A stretch of DNA of 52,006 nt. Origin: a virus (lineage: Duplodnaviria > Caudoviricetes). Shown piece by piece: positions 19,457-28,219 of this stretch. The stretch spans positions 1 through 52,006 of the IMG/VR virus record IMGVR_UViG_3300037497_000044. The stretch is one strand, 5' to 3'. The notes beneath the pieces were generated by a model. It searched no databases. It saw nothing but the letters and a program-made list of their open reading frames with translations, and had not been told where the DNA came from. Made by a program: the position numbers and the translations under genes. Each line of letters begins with the position of its first letter. Within the stretch, counting starts at the first letter, position 1.

Positions 19457-19640
19457 CCAGTTTTGTGGCTGTTCCCATCACATCTGCTGCACCGCCAAGG
19501 ATAGTCGATCTACTTCCGCCTCGTGTGCGGGCACCTTCCAGCAGAGAGCGACGCTTTTTGCGGAGCACGTCTTCATTCGCCATTGGAGTGGCTGGGGGAG
19601 GTTCCGGCGGTGGTGGTGGTTTGGGCATCAAGAAACTCAC
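19449..19640 (-). CDS. Small Pro-rich virion-module protein
   Basis: 63 aa; PKPPPPPEPP...GSRSTIL....KLGG pattern typical of the gene upstream of such portals. Confidence 0.65.
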   Translation of the reverse strand: MSFLMPKPPPPPEPPPATPMANEDVLRKKRRSLLEGARTRGGSRSTILGGAADVMGTATKLGG

Positions 19641-19643
19641 TGG

Positions 19644-21194
19644 CTATCTCCTCGGTTGCGACATCAATACTATGGGTTTGTTCGGCCTCTGATGGTATCC
19701 GCCTATCTGATTCTTGTGCGTTTCGCCACGAAATAATGCCATCACGCATGCGTCGCCTTTGTCGGTTGACCTGCCCAATCGTTTGCATACGTCTTTTTTC
19801 GCCTCCACTTGCAGTTTACCGCTACGATACTCAAATGTTGGGGCAGTAAGATCGGCCACGAGTTCGGGGTCATCTGGAAGAGAGATCCACGATCCTCCAG
19901 GTTGGCCAGGGTCAAGAGCCTCACGCAGCAGCCAATAGGACGCGGTCCGTGTGTTAAAAAACCGCATATGTCTGTCACAGGTACGGGCAAATGACGCTTC
20001 TACACCTTTGTAAGGCGAACATTTGACGGCATTGTCTTGCAAGTGGGACATTGCAGAGCCGCCATAGCCTCCACCCATATCAATCACGACATGCGCGCCA
20101 TCTCTCCTGTGCTGGATCACTAACCCTGCTACAGACGGCCCATCGGGAGTGTCGCGCCCTGGCACAGTGATAAACGGTGCGAACCATCCATCGTGCCTAA
20201 TTGCCAAAACAGTTTGATCGTCACCACCTTGAGCCACATCAACACCGATGCAACACATAGGCGCATTCGGCGGCGGTTGTGGTGTCCACCGCTTCTGTGC
20301 GGCACGAATCCAGTGAGTTGGGATAACTTGATAATCATTATCTTTCCTCGCTGCATCAAATTGCCCGTCACGATATGCGTCCCTGAGTTCTGGTGGGAGC
20401 GCCGAAAGAACAGCCGCGTAGTTTGTTGCCGCCAGATCGGGGTTGTCCGATAGTTTGGCTGGGATGAATGTCCGGCTCCGGGCTGTGATCCACTCTCCGC
20501 GTATCCTGTGCGGTCCTGGCCCGTTGGTCTCAATTTCCCTATCATCGTCACCAGTCGTGTACCATCGCAACTCCCCAGGCTCTGCCGGATTATGATGATT
20601 GGGATCGAGCCACGCACCCCAGCGTTTCATAACCCAAAATCCCTCTGGTCGCGTGGGTGGATTCCCTGTTGCAACAACTCGGCAGCGTTGGCCTTTTACT
20701 GTACTGCGGTTCCATCCCGATATGAAAACGTATTGAGATTCCGAGAAATCCGAAACCTCATCAAATACTTTTAAGTCATGGGCCGCGCCCTTGAATTTTT
20801 GCTTATCGTCTTCCAATTGGCACCCGGATACCTCAACAATCCGATCACCCACACGCCAACCCATCTCGCCGTGGCCGTCGCGTGAACCAAGCAAATCCTG
20901 TATCCTCGCGTCGATCCCTAATGCCTCACGATTCGTGCGGCGCAATATCAGTGATCGTTGATGTGACGTGACAGCTAATCCGATAACAACGTCGGTTTTT
21001 CCACCGCCAGCAGAGCCACCATAAAACAGTTCATCTGCTTTACAGAAGTATGCGTCGGTTTGCGGCCCAGGGTTTGGAATCCACAGTCTTTTCCCAACCG
21101 CCACCGACGCGGCCTTGATTACCTCGACACGCCTCTGCTCTGGCATATGATCCAGAGCAGAGATGATCGAGGATATATCAAGGGCAGTGCCCAT
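19644..21194 (-). CDS. terL: Terminase large subunit
   Basis: Start at ATG 21194 (TGATG overlap); PGPQ, Walker A YGGSAGGGKT, Walker B VFDE, ATGNP, nuclease IGVDVAQGGDDQT and RSTDKGDA. Confidence 0.95.
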   Translation of the reverse strand: MGTALDISSIISALDHMPEQRRVEVIKAASVAVGKRLWIPNPGPQTDAYFCKADELFYGGSAGGGKTDVVIGLAVTSHQRSLILRRTNREALGIDARIQDLLGSRDGHGEMGWRVGDRIVEVSGCQLEDDKQKFKGAAHDLKVFDEVSDFSESQYVFISGWNRSTVKGQRCRVVATGNPPTRPEGFWVMKRWGAWLDPNHHNPAEPGELRWYTTGDDDREIETNGPGPHRIRGEWITARSRTFIPAKLSDNPDLAATNYAAVLSALPPELRDAYRDGQFDAARKDNDYQVIPTHWIRAAQKRWTPQPPPNAPMCCIGVDVAQGGDDQTVLAIRHDGWFAPFITVPGRDTPDGPSVAGLVIQHRRDGAHVVIDMGGGYGGSAMSHLQDNAVKCSPYKGVEASFARTCDRHMRFFNTRTASYWLLREALDPGQPGGSWISLPDDPELVADLTAPTFEYRSGKLQVEAKKDVCKRLGRSTDKGDACVMALFRGETHKNQIGGYHQRPNKPIVLMSQPRR

Positions 21195-22018
21195 CAGATA
21201 GCGTAGCCATCTCTGTAGCGGTTCATCGACACGGCGATACAATCAACATCAAGCGTGAGTGCCGACGTGCCATCAGTGTTGGATGCGGCCACAATCGGAG
21301 TTAGAGCGACAGGTGTGGCGACAGTTCCAGGAGAGACTGCATCCTCCATCGTAGTCCCAACCTGCACGCTATTGATGTAAAATGTGGCATCTCCATCGGC
21401 ATTAATTTCAATCCGATAGAGTGCGTAATCATCCGCAACCGGAGCGTTTGTGATCACCTGTTTTGTTGCATCCGTGTCGGCCTTCACGCCCACCAGGAAC
21501 CAGGAGTCAGATGCCGCGCCAGTGTCAAACATGAACCCGACCGCATTGGTTGCGTTTGTTGTGATCCCGTCACCAGTCTGGCTCGCAATCACGGGAGCCT
21601 CGATAGATGTAACGTCTGTAAAACCGAGGAAAAAATAGGCCAGTGTGATGCGGGATGGTTTTACCCGACACTGAAACGACAGACCGCCGTTGAATGCCTG
21701 CCATTGCAGCTCAGATGTAACGCCGACAAGATCGGGCAAAACAACAGCATTGCCATCGTCGTTGCCAGTTGTGAGCCGGAGCACCCCTCCGATTCCCGGC
21801 GTGAGGATTGCGCCAGTGCCGTCGGTATCTGTTTCAACATAATTCCATTGATCGGCCAACACATCGCCCAAGAAATCATCAAACAATGCAACGGTATCAG
21901 GTCCAGGCATCCGCACATGTCGCCCATGGCCGCCAATCGTCACGCCGTCAGTTGCCATCAATGATTGATCGGTGGCTACACCGAGCAACGTGTTATAAAG
22001 AGTGTGCATAATCCGCAT
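21194..22018 (-). CDS. Beta-sandwich (ConA/jelly-roll-like) virion-module protein
   Basis: ~274 aa, acidic and beta-rich (LFDDFLG, GGVLRLTTG, ATFYINSVQVG); located between TerS and TerL. Confidence 0.6.
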   Translation of the reverse strand: MRIMHTLYNTLLGVATDQSLMATDGVTIGGHGRHVRMPGPDTVALFDDFLGDVLADQWNYVETDTDGTGAILTPGIGGVLRLTTGNDDGNAVVLPDLVGVTSELQWQAFNGGLSFQCRVKPSRITLAYFFLGFTDVTSIEAPVIASQTGDGITTNATNAVGFMFDTGAASDSWFLVGVKADTDATKQVITNAPVADDYALYRIEINADGDATFYINSVQVGTTMEDAVSPGTVATPVALTPIVAASNTDGTSALTLDVDCIAVSMNRYRDGYAI

Positions 22019-22019
22019 T

Positions 22020-22535
22020 TTAGGTATCCTGTAAGGGGGTGTTTTGGGATTCTTGAGCAGCATGCAAACCTTGCTGAATCGCAAAGGCAATCATACGCGC
22101 CGAATGGATAGGATCGGTTTCAACTTTCAGAGTCTCGCCCGGAGGATTAGATAAATCCTGGCGAGTGGTTCGATATTTTTCTCGGTTGCCACGCAACAAC
22201 AATTCAAGCAACCTGTCAGAATATTTTCTGACAACCCCAACTTGCTGCCCTTGGTGGTAAACTGGTTCATCACATCCTTCGACCGCCCGCCTCCTGGCCT
22301 CAAACTCTAGCGCGTCGGTCGCAGTTTCAAGCGCGTCATCCCACGCCAGTTTAAAATCCTCGTTTGTTTGCCGTGCTTCGTAAATAGTTGACCTGTGCAG
22401 GCATGTGGCTCTTATCGCCGAAGTAACAGAGCCGGTTGCGGCCAGGGTTTTTAAAAAGATTTTCCGTTTCATTGCAACGATGGGTCTGGTCTCGCGTGCG
22501 CGTTGGCCGGTCTGGTTTTGTCTGGTATCCATCAT
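22020..22535 (-). CDS. Terminase small subunit-like HTH protein
   Basis: FLKTLAATGSVTSAIRA...RSTIYEAR..NEDF..AWDDA...LEFEARRRAVEG...RKYSDRLL; first gene of the late operon. Confidence 0.75.
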   Translation of the reverse strand: MMDTRQNQTGQRARETRPIVAMKRKIFLKTLAATGSVTSAIRATCLHRSTIYEARQTNEDFKLAWDDALETATDALEFEARRRAVEGCDEPVYHQGQQVGVVRKYSDRLLELLLRGNREKYRTTRQDLSNPPGETLKVETDPIHSARMIAFAIQQGLHAAQESQNTPLQDT

Positions 22536-22551
22536 GTTACTTCTCACATAC

Positions 22552-22688
22552 TGTTGCAAAAATGTCACACTACACTGTGGCATAAATACCACACTCACAG
22601 CGAATCAGTCAACAAAAAAATTAATCACGGAAAATCGTTGTGTGCATGAAAAAAAAACTTGCACACATCGAAGAGAGTGTGGTAGGTT
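22552..22688. promoter_or_regulatory. Divergent sigma70-like promoters plus operator-like motif
   Basis: Minus strand TTGACT(22612)-18-TATTTA; plus strand TTGCAC(22659)-18-TAGGTT; both share GAGTGTGGTA. TGTTGCAAAAATGTCACA lies at 22552-22569. Confidence 0.55.
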
Positions 22689-22727
22689 GGGTCATCGTAT
22701 CAATCACAGCAGGTAAGGAGACAAAAA

Positions 22728-22916
22728 ATGAACAAGCGTCACAGCATCAAAGAAATAAAGAGCATTCGCGTCACGACCTGCCCGTCAGGTTTTTTGTACA
22801 CTGTTTTGCATCATAAGCAAAGCGAATCAACGATGAGCGCGGATTGGTGGGAGATTGAAAAGATGTACTCTGTTGCGGCACAGAAATTGGTCATGGCTAC
22901 TCGCCCTTCCATTTAA
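22728..22916 (+). CDS. Hypothetical protein
   Basis: 62 aa, AAGGAG SD, first gene after the promoter. Confidence 0.6.
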   Translation: MNKRHSIKEIKSIRVTTCPSGFLYTVLHHKQSESTMSADWWEIEKMYSVAAQKLVMATRPSI

Positions 22917-22964
22917 TTTTACCATCCCCTGGCAATCGTGCCGGGGAATTTAAGGAGAAGTAAA

Positions 22965-23195
22965 ATGAAAGTCAGAAACGCTCGGTATCGTCATGGGACT
23001 AAGGAATGGCATAAAAAACGGAAAGAGAAAGAGGCATTGGTCGAAATTCATGAATGCCTACACGCAATTCAGGTTGTTGAGCCTCACGCAACAGGCAAGA
23101 GCTACCAAGCCAGTGGCTGGCGGCGTCGGTGCGTTGCGTGTGGGAAGGCATCGCGATGGTCTGTGCGGCACATCGCATTGATGGAGAGGGTGTAG
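22965..23195 (+). CDS. Hypothetical basic protein with Cys/His motif
   Basis: AAGGAG SD before ATG 22965; C.H...C..CG. Confidence 0.55.
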   Translation: MKVRNARYRHGTKEWHKKRKEKEALVEIHECLHAIQVVEPHATGKSYQASGWRRRCVACGKASRWSVRHIALMERV

Positions 23196-23197
23196 AT

Positions 23198-23392
23198 ATG
23201 CAAACAATCCAAGAAGCCCAAGCCACCCTGGCAAAACTCAAGGCCGCAGCCAAGACGGCAAAAATCACACACGGTCCGCCATGCCGAGTGTGTGGCTCGA
23301 CAGAGCGATATGTAGCGACGCATGGCAGGGCTAAAATCGGACGGTGCAAGCCGTGCGCTGTAAAGAAAAATACTGAACGCATAAGGGGTTAA
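23198..23392 (+). CDS. Small zinc-finger-like protein
   Basis: GGAGAGG SD; G.PCRVCGSTERYV...CKPC. Confidence 0.55.
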   Translation: MQTIQEAQATLAKLKAAAKTAKITHGPPCRVCGSTERYVATHGRAKIGRCKPCAVKKNTERIRG

Positions 23393-23395
23393 AAA

Positions 23396-23557
23396 ATGGA
23401 GGTTATTGAGCAGGAAATCAAGCGGCTTTCACTTGTCGCTAACGCAGCACATAAAATTCTGGAAGAATGCCCGGAGACTGACCGGCCAAAATTTCAGGCA
23501 GAGTATGACGCTGCTTGCGTTCGATTGGCGAATGCAAAACTTGGGAGGGACAGTTAA
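23396..23557 (+). CDS. Hypothetical protein (53 aa, below the track cut-off)
   Basis: MEVIEQEIKRL...GRDS stop; packs exactly between its neighbours. Confidence 0.45.
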   Translation: MEVIEQEIKRLSLVANAAHKILEECPETDRPKFQAEYDAACVRLANAKLGRDS

Positions 23558-23746
23558 ATGCAACTACACACCAATGAACATACTGATATAATGGAAGCTT
23601 TTGAGAAGCATTATCCCTATTTAGATAAAAGAAAGGAACCAAAAAACCTGTGGCCGAAAAACCGCGTGTACTGTGATGGGGATGTAAATGACAGGTTTGT
23701 GGCTTTCAGAATGGGTGTTTCGTTTGGCAGAAATTATTTCGCATAG
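23558..23746 (+). CDS. Hypothetical protein
   Basis: 62 aa, GGAGG SD, abuts the previous stop. Confidence 0.6.
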   Translation: MQLHTNEHTDIMEAFEKHYPYLDKRKEPKNLWPKNRVYCDGDVNDRFVAFRMGVSFGRNYFA

Positions 23747-23815
23747 CATGGACGATCCGACCACCCGCAACCAACGTCGAGTTGGAAGGGGTGGCCCCCG
23801 GATCGAAACATTTTT

Positions 23816-23888
23816 TGGCAGCGTTGTAGGAATCGAACCTACTCCTCCTGCTCGATGCGCAGTCGTTACACCATCAAACTCAACACTG
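23816..23888 (-). tRNA. Non-canonical tRNA-like element (pseudo-tRNA or tRNA mimic)
   Basis: CAGTGTT/AACGCTG acceptor stem followed by CCA; D arm with GG; CTGC/GCAG stem with 7-nt loop GCATCGA; T arm GTAGG-TTCGATT-CCTAC. Lacks U8, U33 and a normal discriminator. Confidence 0.6.
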
Positions 23889-23968
23889 AAAAGGAAAAGA
23901 ATGTCCAGTCTTTTTTTGATCCTCCACATATGCCGGTTTTTAGGCGGGCGGTAGGGAGAATCAAAAGC

Positions 23969-23998
23969 ATCATAATCCATCATGTCAGCACACGTCAA
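23969..23998 (-). promoter_or_regulatory. Sigma70-like promoter upstream of the tRNA-like unit
   Basis: TTGACG-18-TATGAT on the minus strand. Confidence 0.55.
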
Positions 23999-24123
23999 GA
24001 TAACTTTATCGCCCGTCTATTCCGGGCTGTCAGCGAACACTGTCAGGGACGCACCTGAGCAAACAAAATGGAGTGGCGCCCGCACCGGCTCAAGGGACGT
24101 GTGACACGTGTTTCTGTTTGCGT

Positions 24124-24696
24124 CTATCCGCATGTAGAAGCCAAGCAGGCTGTGCAAGTGTCGCACCCGTCCAATTTTACGACCGCATATTCCCAACAGT
24201 TCGTGCAGAGCTTCCCTGTTTGTTTGGGGTGTTCCTCAGTATGTGCATTTTTTGCAACAACTGAATCTGGCTCCCCACGCAATGCACGCTCCAGGCACCA
24301 GCCTATCGCAGCAACATGGCTTTTGAAAAACTTCCCTTTGACCCAGAATCCAGACGGTCCGACCACATCTTGCCATTCCGCCGCGAGGAACTCTGGTTGA
24401 ATACCTGCTCGCAGGACCGCCGATGCGGTACGCATCAACGCAGTTGTCCACTCAGCGACAACTGCGTTGTTCGTATTGATGAATATTTCCCGGACCAAGC
24501 CACTCTCGCCCTGATTAATCGTCACGTACAGAGCTGGAGATCCATCCAATGGCTTGATCTTTGTCGTAACGCCGTGCAGATCCATTGGGCGTTCCCACAG
24601 TTTTGGCGGTTTTACGGGTGCCTCGGTCACTGGCGGTGCCTCGTCTGGCTGTACAACTTCTACCCGCACTACCTTGCCTTCGATTTTTAGCATCAT
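24124..24696 (-). CDS. Stand-alone TSCPD-domain protein (class II RNR C-terminal-like) with Zn ribbon
   Basis: RP..LHGVTTKIK...LYVTIN...EIFIN...R..SAVLR and C..C...GCDTCTAC..STCG; start uncertain. Confidence 0.75.
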   Translation of the reverse strand: MMLKIEGKVVRVEVVQPDEAPPVTEAPVKPPKLWERPMDLHGVTTKIKPLDGSPALYVTINQGESGLVREIFINTNNAVVAEWTTALMRTASAVLRAGIQPEFLAAEWQDVVGPSGFWVKGKFFKSHVAAIGWCLERALRGEPDSVVAKNAHTEEHPKQTGKLCTNCWEYAVVKLDGCDTCTACLASTCG

Positions 24697-25043
24697 CAAC
24701 CCCAAAGTTTCAGTTTTGCCGCATTTTTCGCTATTCGCGCTAATCTATCTCTTTCAATTCTCCGTTTACCTGCATCGCTGGTGCAAAGTCGGCATCGAAG
24801 GTAAATACGCGATAAATTATTGCGGATATACAAGTGATGATCGCACATCCCATGCTTTTTACATATCGATTGTACAATATTTTTCGCCTTCACTGGCTCT
24901 GGCTCTGGAGCCACATCTGGCTCTGGCGTTGGAACCGGTGGATGCGCTCTCAAATACCTGGCACGTGCAGCAATAGCCAATAACTGCTCCCGCGACAGTC
25001 TTGGCGGCGGCGATACGTGATTTTTTGGATACATACCCATCAT
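24696..25043 (-). CDS. Hypothetical protein with Pro/Glu linker and CxxHG...CxxC motif
   Basis: 115 aa; overlaps neighbouring genes; GAGGTGG SD. Confidence 0.55.
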   Translation of the reverse strand: MMGMYPKNHVSPPPRLSREQLLAIAARARYLRAHPPVPTPEPDVAPEPEPVKAKNIVQSICKKHGMCDHHLYIRNNLSRIYLRCRLCTSDAGKRRIERDRLARIAKNAAKLKLWG

Positions 25044-25222
25044 GCCACCTCAATTTGTTCGTCGATTTTACGCAGTTTTTTTAGTTTTTTATAAAATTTG
25101 AGATGGTAAATTTTAAACTCTTCGTAAGAAGAGCCATAAAGATTTGCTTGATTTTTTACCATATCATCTACTTGTTTTTGCAGCTTAATTCGTCGTTTTT
25201 CCAGGTTCATCTCAATCTCCAA
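25040..25222 (-). CDS. Hypothetical Lys-rich protein
   Basis: About 56-60 aa, operon packing; start uncertain. Confidence 0.45.
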   Translation of the reverse strand: MEIEMNLEKRRIKLQKQVDDMVKNQANLYGSSYEEFKIYHLKFYKKLKKLRKIDEQIEVA

Positions 25223-25444
25223 TCAAAAGCACGGTCGCCAGACCGAGCAGCCACGCCATGACAATGGCCAGTGTCGGCCTATAATTTATCCATTCGGTTA
25301 TTGTATCTGTGTTCATTTCTCATCTCCTCCATAAACCACTATTAAAAAACCCAATCCTTGCCACCTACGCGCTCTCCTGTCGCGTTTTTCCGTTTCGTTG
25401 GTACAAATCCCTATCCAGATGCTTCGTGCCGTTAGAACAGCCAT

Positions 25445-25660
25445 TCAGTGAGACTTTTTCAATCTCTTGAAATGCGTAACGAAAAATACAGCACTGCAAT
25501 AACCTGGCAAATTGGTAGAGTTGTTCAAGTAAACAACTCTCCATCTGCCTGAATTTTCATTGAAAACCACATCCGTAATAACCACCACATTGCCGGTCAA
25601 GGTGCTCCGGTACATCCAGCCTTTTTTCAGCTTCACGCCATCACAAATCCAACCCTTCAT
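25445..25660 (-). CDS. Hypothetical protein (small beta-barrel-like)
   Basis: 71 aa; Y....G...V....VVY......Y.....F...F pattern. Confidence 0.5.
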   Translation of the reverse strand: MKGWICDGVKLKKGWMYRSTLTGNVVVITDVVFNENSGRWRVVYLNNSTNLPGYCSAVFFVTHFKRLKKSH

Positions 25661-25683
25661 CTCTCATCTCCCGTTGTGTATCG

Positions 25684-25767
25684 TCAAATATCCACAAGCA
25701 GATCGTTATCATGCTCATCGCCGTCAATCACGTCTGGCGTGATCGGTGTGCCATGGCAGTGGATCAT
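25684..25767 (-). pseudogene. 27-codon remnant of a MIHYHGTPITP-type phage protein
   Basis: Reads MIHCHGTPITPDVIDGDEHDNDLLVDI stop, with GGAG upstream; two motifs that I recall lying far apart in the full-length family are directly joined. Confidence 0.45.
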
Positions 25768-25859
25768 TTTCTTTTTCTCTCCCTGTCAAAAATCCGTCAA
25801 CCGGCACGATGCCAGAGACTCAAAGCAGGCATCCAACGGCACCAAGATGCTCAAATTTC

Positions 25860-26030
25860 AAATTCTTGCAATTGTACCCAATGTACCAATTCTACCCATT
25901 CTTGAATACCTTCGTTAAATTCTAGTAAATTCTCTTATAATAATAATATATATTATATTCTGTTTAAGGCTTCTATAACTAAACGAAGGTGTTCAAGAAT
26001 GGCAACAATTGGTACATTGGCAAGAATTTC
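25860..26030. repeat. Long imperfect inverted repeat flanking an AT-rich core; candidate replication origin
   Basis: Left arm ...CCAATGTACCAATTCTACCCATTCTTGAATACCTTCGTT (to 25916); right arm AACGAAGGTGTTCAAGAATGGCAACAATTGGTACATTGG (from 25982); directly downstream of the helicase gene. Confidence 0.65.
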
Positions 26031-26043
26031 AACAATTGTGAAT

Positions 26044-27591
26044 TTAGCATTTTTCTGCTCCATTTTGGTCCTCGTAGTCCCATTTCCAGGGTCCATTGCA
26101 CGGCCCTTTGCGCGGTTTTATCTTCAACATTGACTTAGCACGATTGAGCGTACTCTCTGATATTCCAGCGTTTCTTGCTTCTGACTTTATCACTGATGAG
26201 AGCACAGGACCGGACTTCAACTGATCTTCCAAAAACTCGACCGCAGCATCGAGTTCAGACCTCTCTTGAGCGGTTTTACACTGTGCAGCAAGCGCATCGT
26301 CTGCTAATGTCGGATCTGGCCTACTGTCCCATATAACTTTTGATGTCTCTATTTTTTCCGTAGGTTTTCCGTCTTTTTGCTCTTCCAACACAATTCCTTC
26401 GATTTTGAAGGCAAAACCGGAATTGTCGATGCCGATATTATTTTTGACCGACGTGAAAAGTCGCCATTCTTTTCGCGTAGGATGTTTGACTATCAGGTAT
26501 CCAGTGCGGGCTGACGCGATGAAACCAAGCGAACCAGAGATCGAATTCATGGCAGATCCGCTGGATTTGGCCAGATGGCTCACTACGATAACGGCGGTCT
26601 GGTGCCTGCCTGCAAGTTCTACAAGAGGGGCCAGTAATGCTCTGACATCGCTATTTTTGTACGAGTCAGCCTTGCCGACATATGCAGAGATGGGATCAAC
26701 TACCACCAGATCCGCCCCACCGATTTGTTTAATGAGGCCATCGAGTCGTACAATATCGGATTCCAGGTCAAATCCACGCCTCCTTTTTTTGCCGCCAGAG
26801 ACATCATTAATAGCATGGACGATATACACCCTCTCCATATCGGCACCGGCAGCGATCAAACGAGGCTTGATCGTCGTTGCTGCGTCATCTTCAGCAGTTA
26901 TCAGGATCACATTGCCCGGAGTCCGATACATTGTCCCGTCCGGCCACATCCCACCGGTAGTAACAACAGCGGCGTGGTGCAGGGAGATTTGGGATTTGCC
27001 AAGCCCAGGATCTCCAGCTTCAATCGTCAAAACACCTTTTGCGATTCGGTATTTCCACAGCCACGAAATTGGTGTGGCTATTATGTCAGACATGCACTGG
27101 TATTCAACATCCTGCGTACTGCCAGCCACGACGCCGGACCCTGACACAAGTCTATCTGTTGCAGCCCGTGCTGTTGATGCGAGAGCAAGCAGATGTATGT
27201 TTCTGTCTGCAGCATCCCGCGCTATCAGTAGTGCGTCGCTAGCTATGGCACGGCGCAGGGATTTTTCAAGCACAAGCCTGGCGTATGTCAGACAATTAGC
27301 GGAAGTAGGGACTGTTTCAAGCAGTGCGGCAAGATAGGCAGATCCGCCAATGGCTTTGAGCGCGGAGTTTTTTTGCAAAACGTGAGCCAGGGAGACAACC
27401 TCAATATCATCCCCTTTAGCGTGCATAGATAGCATCTCTTTCCAGACCGTAATGTGCGCCGGAAGATAAAAATCTGTTGGCTGGACGATTGCTGACGCGG
27501 CGGGAAAAAGCTCTGGATTGAGCAGAACAGCCCCGATAACTGACTGTTCTGCCGCATTATTCCAAATGGCGTTTGGATCGATTTCTTGCAT
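26044..27591 (-). CDS. Replication protein: DnaB-like N-terminal domain fused to an AAA_25/RepA-type helicase
   Basis: AEQSVIGAVLL...DFYLPAH...IGGSAYLAAL...PTSAN; Walker A GDPGLGKS, AEDD, LVVVDPI, VSHLAK, GSLGF; C-terminal HTH-like tail. Confidence 0.85.
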   Translation of the reverse strand: MQEIDPNAIWNNAAEQSVIGAVLLNPELFPAASAIVQPTDFYLPAHITVWKEMLSMHAKGDDIEVVSLAHVLQKNSALKAIGGSAYLAALLETVPTSANCLTYARLVLEKSLRRAIASDALLIARDAADRNIHLLALASTARAATDRLVSGSGVVAGSTQDVEYQCMSDIIATPISWLWKYRIAKGVLTIEAGDPGLGKSQISLHHAAVVTTGGMWPDGTMYRTPGNVILITAEDDAATTIKPRLIAAGADMERVYIVHAINDVSGGKKRRRGFDLESDIVRLDGLIKQIGGADLVVVDPISAYVGKADSYKNSDVRALLAPLVELAGRHQTAVIVVSHLAKSSGSAMNSISGSLGFIASARTGYLIVKHPTRKEWRLFTSVKNNIGIDNSGFAFKIEGIVLEEQKDGKPTEKIETSKVIWDSRPDPTLADDALAAQCKTAQERSELDAAVEFLEDQLKSGPVLSSVIKSEARNAGISESTLNRAKSMLKIKPRKGPCNGPWKWDYEDQNGAEKC

Positions 27592-27605
27592 GGATAAAAT
27601 ACCCC

Positions 27606-27772
27606 AAGGCCGCCCGGTGTTGGTACACCAGAGCGGGTGGCTGTTTAACTGGGATCGACAGATCGATCACCGAGCGGCCTTGCAGGTCCGGGGGGAATCT
27701 CTTTGCCAACGCGCTTTTTTATCCTGTACCACCAGGAGATCAAATCTTACTGAAAAATCACCCAAAAATCAA
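27606..27772 (-). promoter_or_regulatory. Promoter (TTGATT-17-TAAGAT) and structured 5' leader of the replication gene
   Basis: Hairpins TCCTG-GTGGTA-CAGGA (27722-27737) and CTGGTG-TACCAA-CACCGG (27614-27631) have complementary loops. Confidence 0.5.
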
Positions 27773-27838
27773 GGATAAAATCCAGCAAACAGGCAAGAAA
27801 TATTGCCATGGCCATCAAGGCCACAGCTTGATTATCGC

Positions 27839-28219
27839 TCATGATTTACCTACGTTTTTTCTATCCTTCCACCAACTAAATATAGCTCTGGTAACCCCAA
27901 ACGCGACTGCACAAAGCACACAACCGGCCATAAACCAAGCTATCCAGTGCCACGGGAACAGGTAGCAAACTGCCACCATCAGGACAAGTCCGATCACTTC
28001 ACCAATAAGTTTTACGGTGGCGAGTTTCCAATCTGTGGATTTGGCAACTCTGTCCCGTCTCTCCAATTCGTCCAGGATGATCTCCCGCCTCAACTCCAAG
28101 GCTCTACGATAATTACCGTTTTCTGAAGCTTGAAATCTAAACCCCAACTCAAAGCACTCGCACCCCAACCTGTGCGACTCATTTTTTTGAACATCTTCAA
28201 ATTTTCTCATCTTCAACAC
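27839..28219 (-). CDS. Hypothetical membrane protein (two TM segments)
   Basis: 126 aa with two hydrophobic C-terminal stretches. Confidence 0.6.
   Translation of the reverse strand: MLKMRKFEDVQKNESHRLGCECFELGFRFQASENGNYRRALELRREIILDELERRDRVAKSTDWKLATVKLIGEVIGLVLMVAVCYLFPWHWIAWFMAGCVLCAVAFGVTRAIFSWWKDRKNVGKS

Noticed and set aside
24069-24110. Second tRNA ending in CCA on the minus strand
   Set aside because: No T-arm or cloverleaf can be formed.
26405-27337. Long antisense ORFs (this one, 30412-31455, 47378-48046, 2657-3283 and similar)
   Set aside because: They lie opposite well-supported genes, with no motifs or SD sequences.
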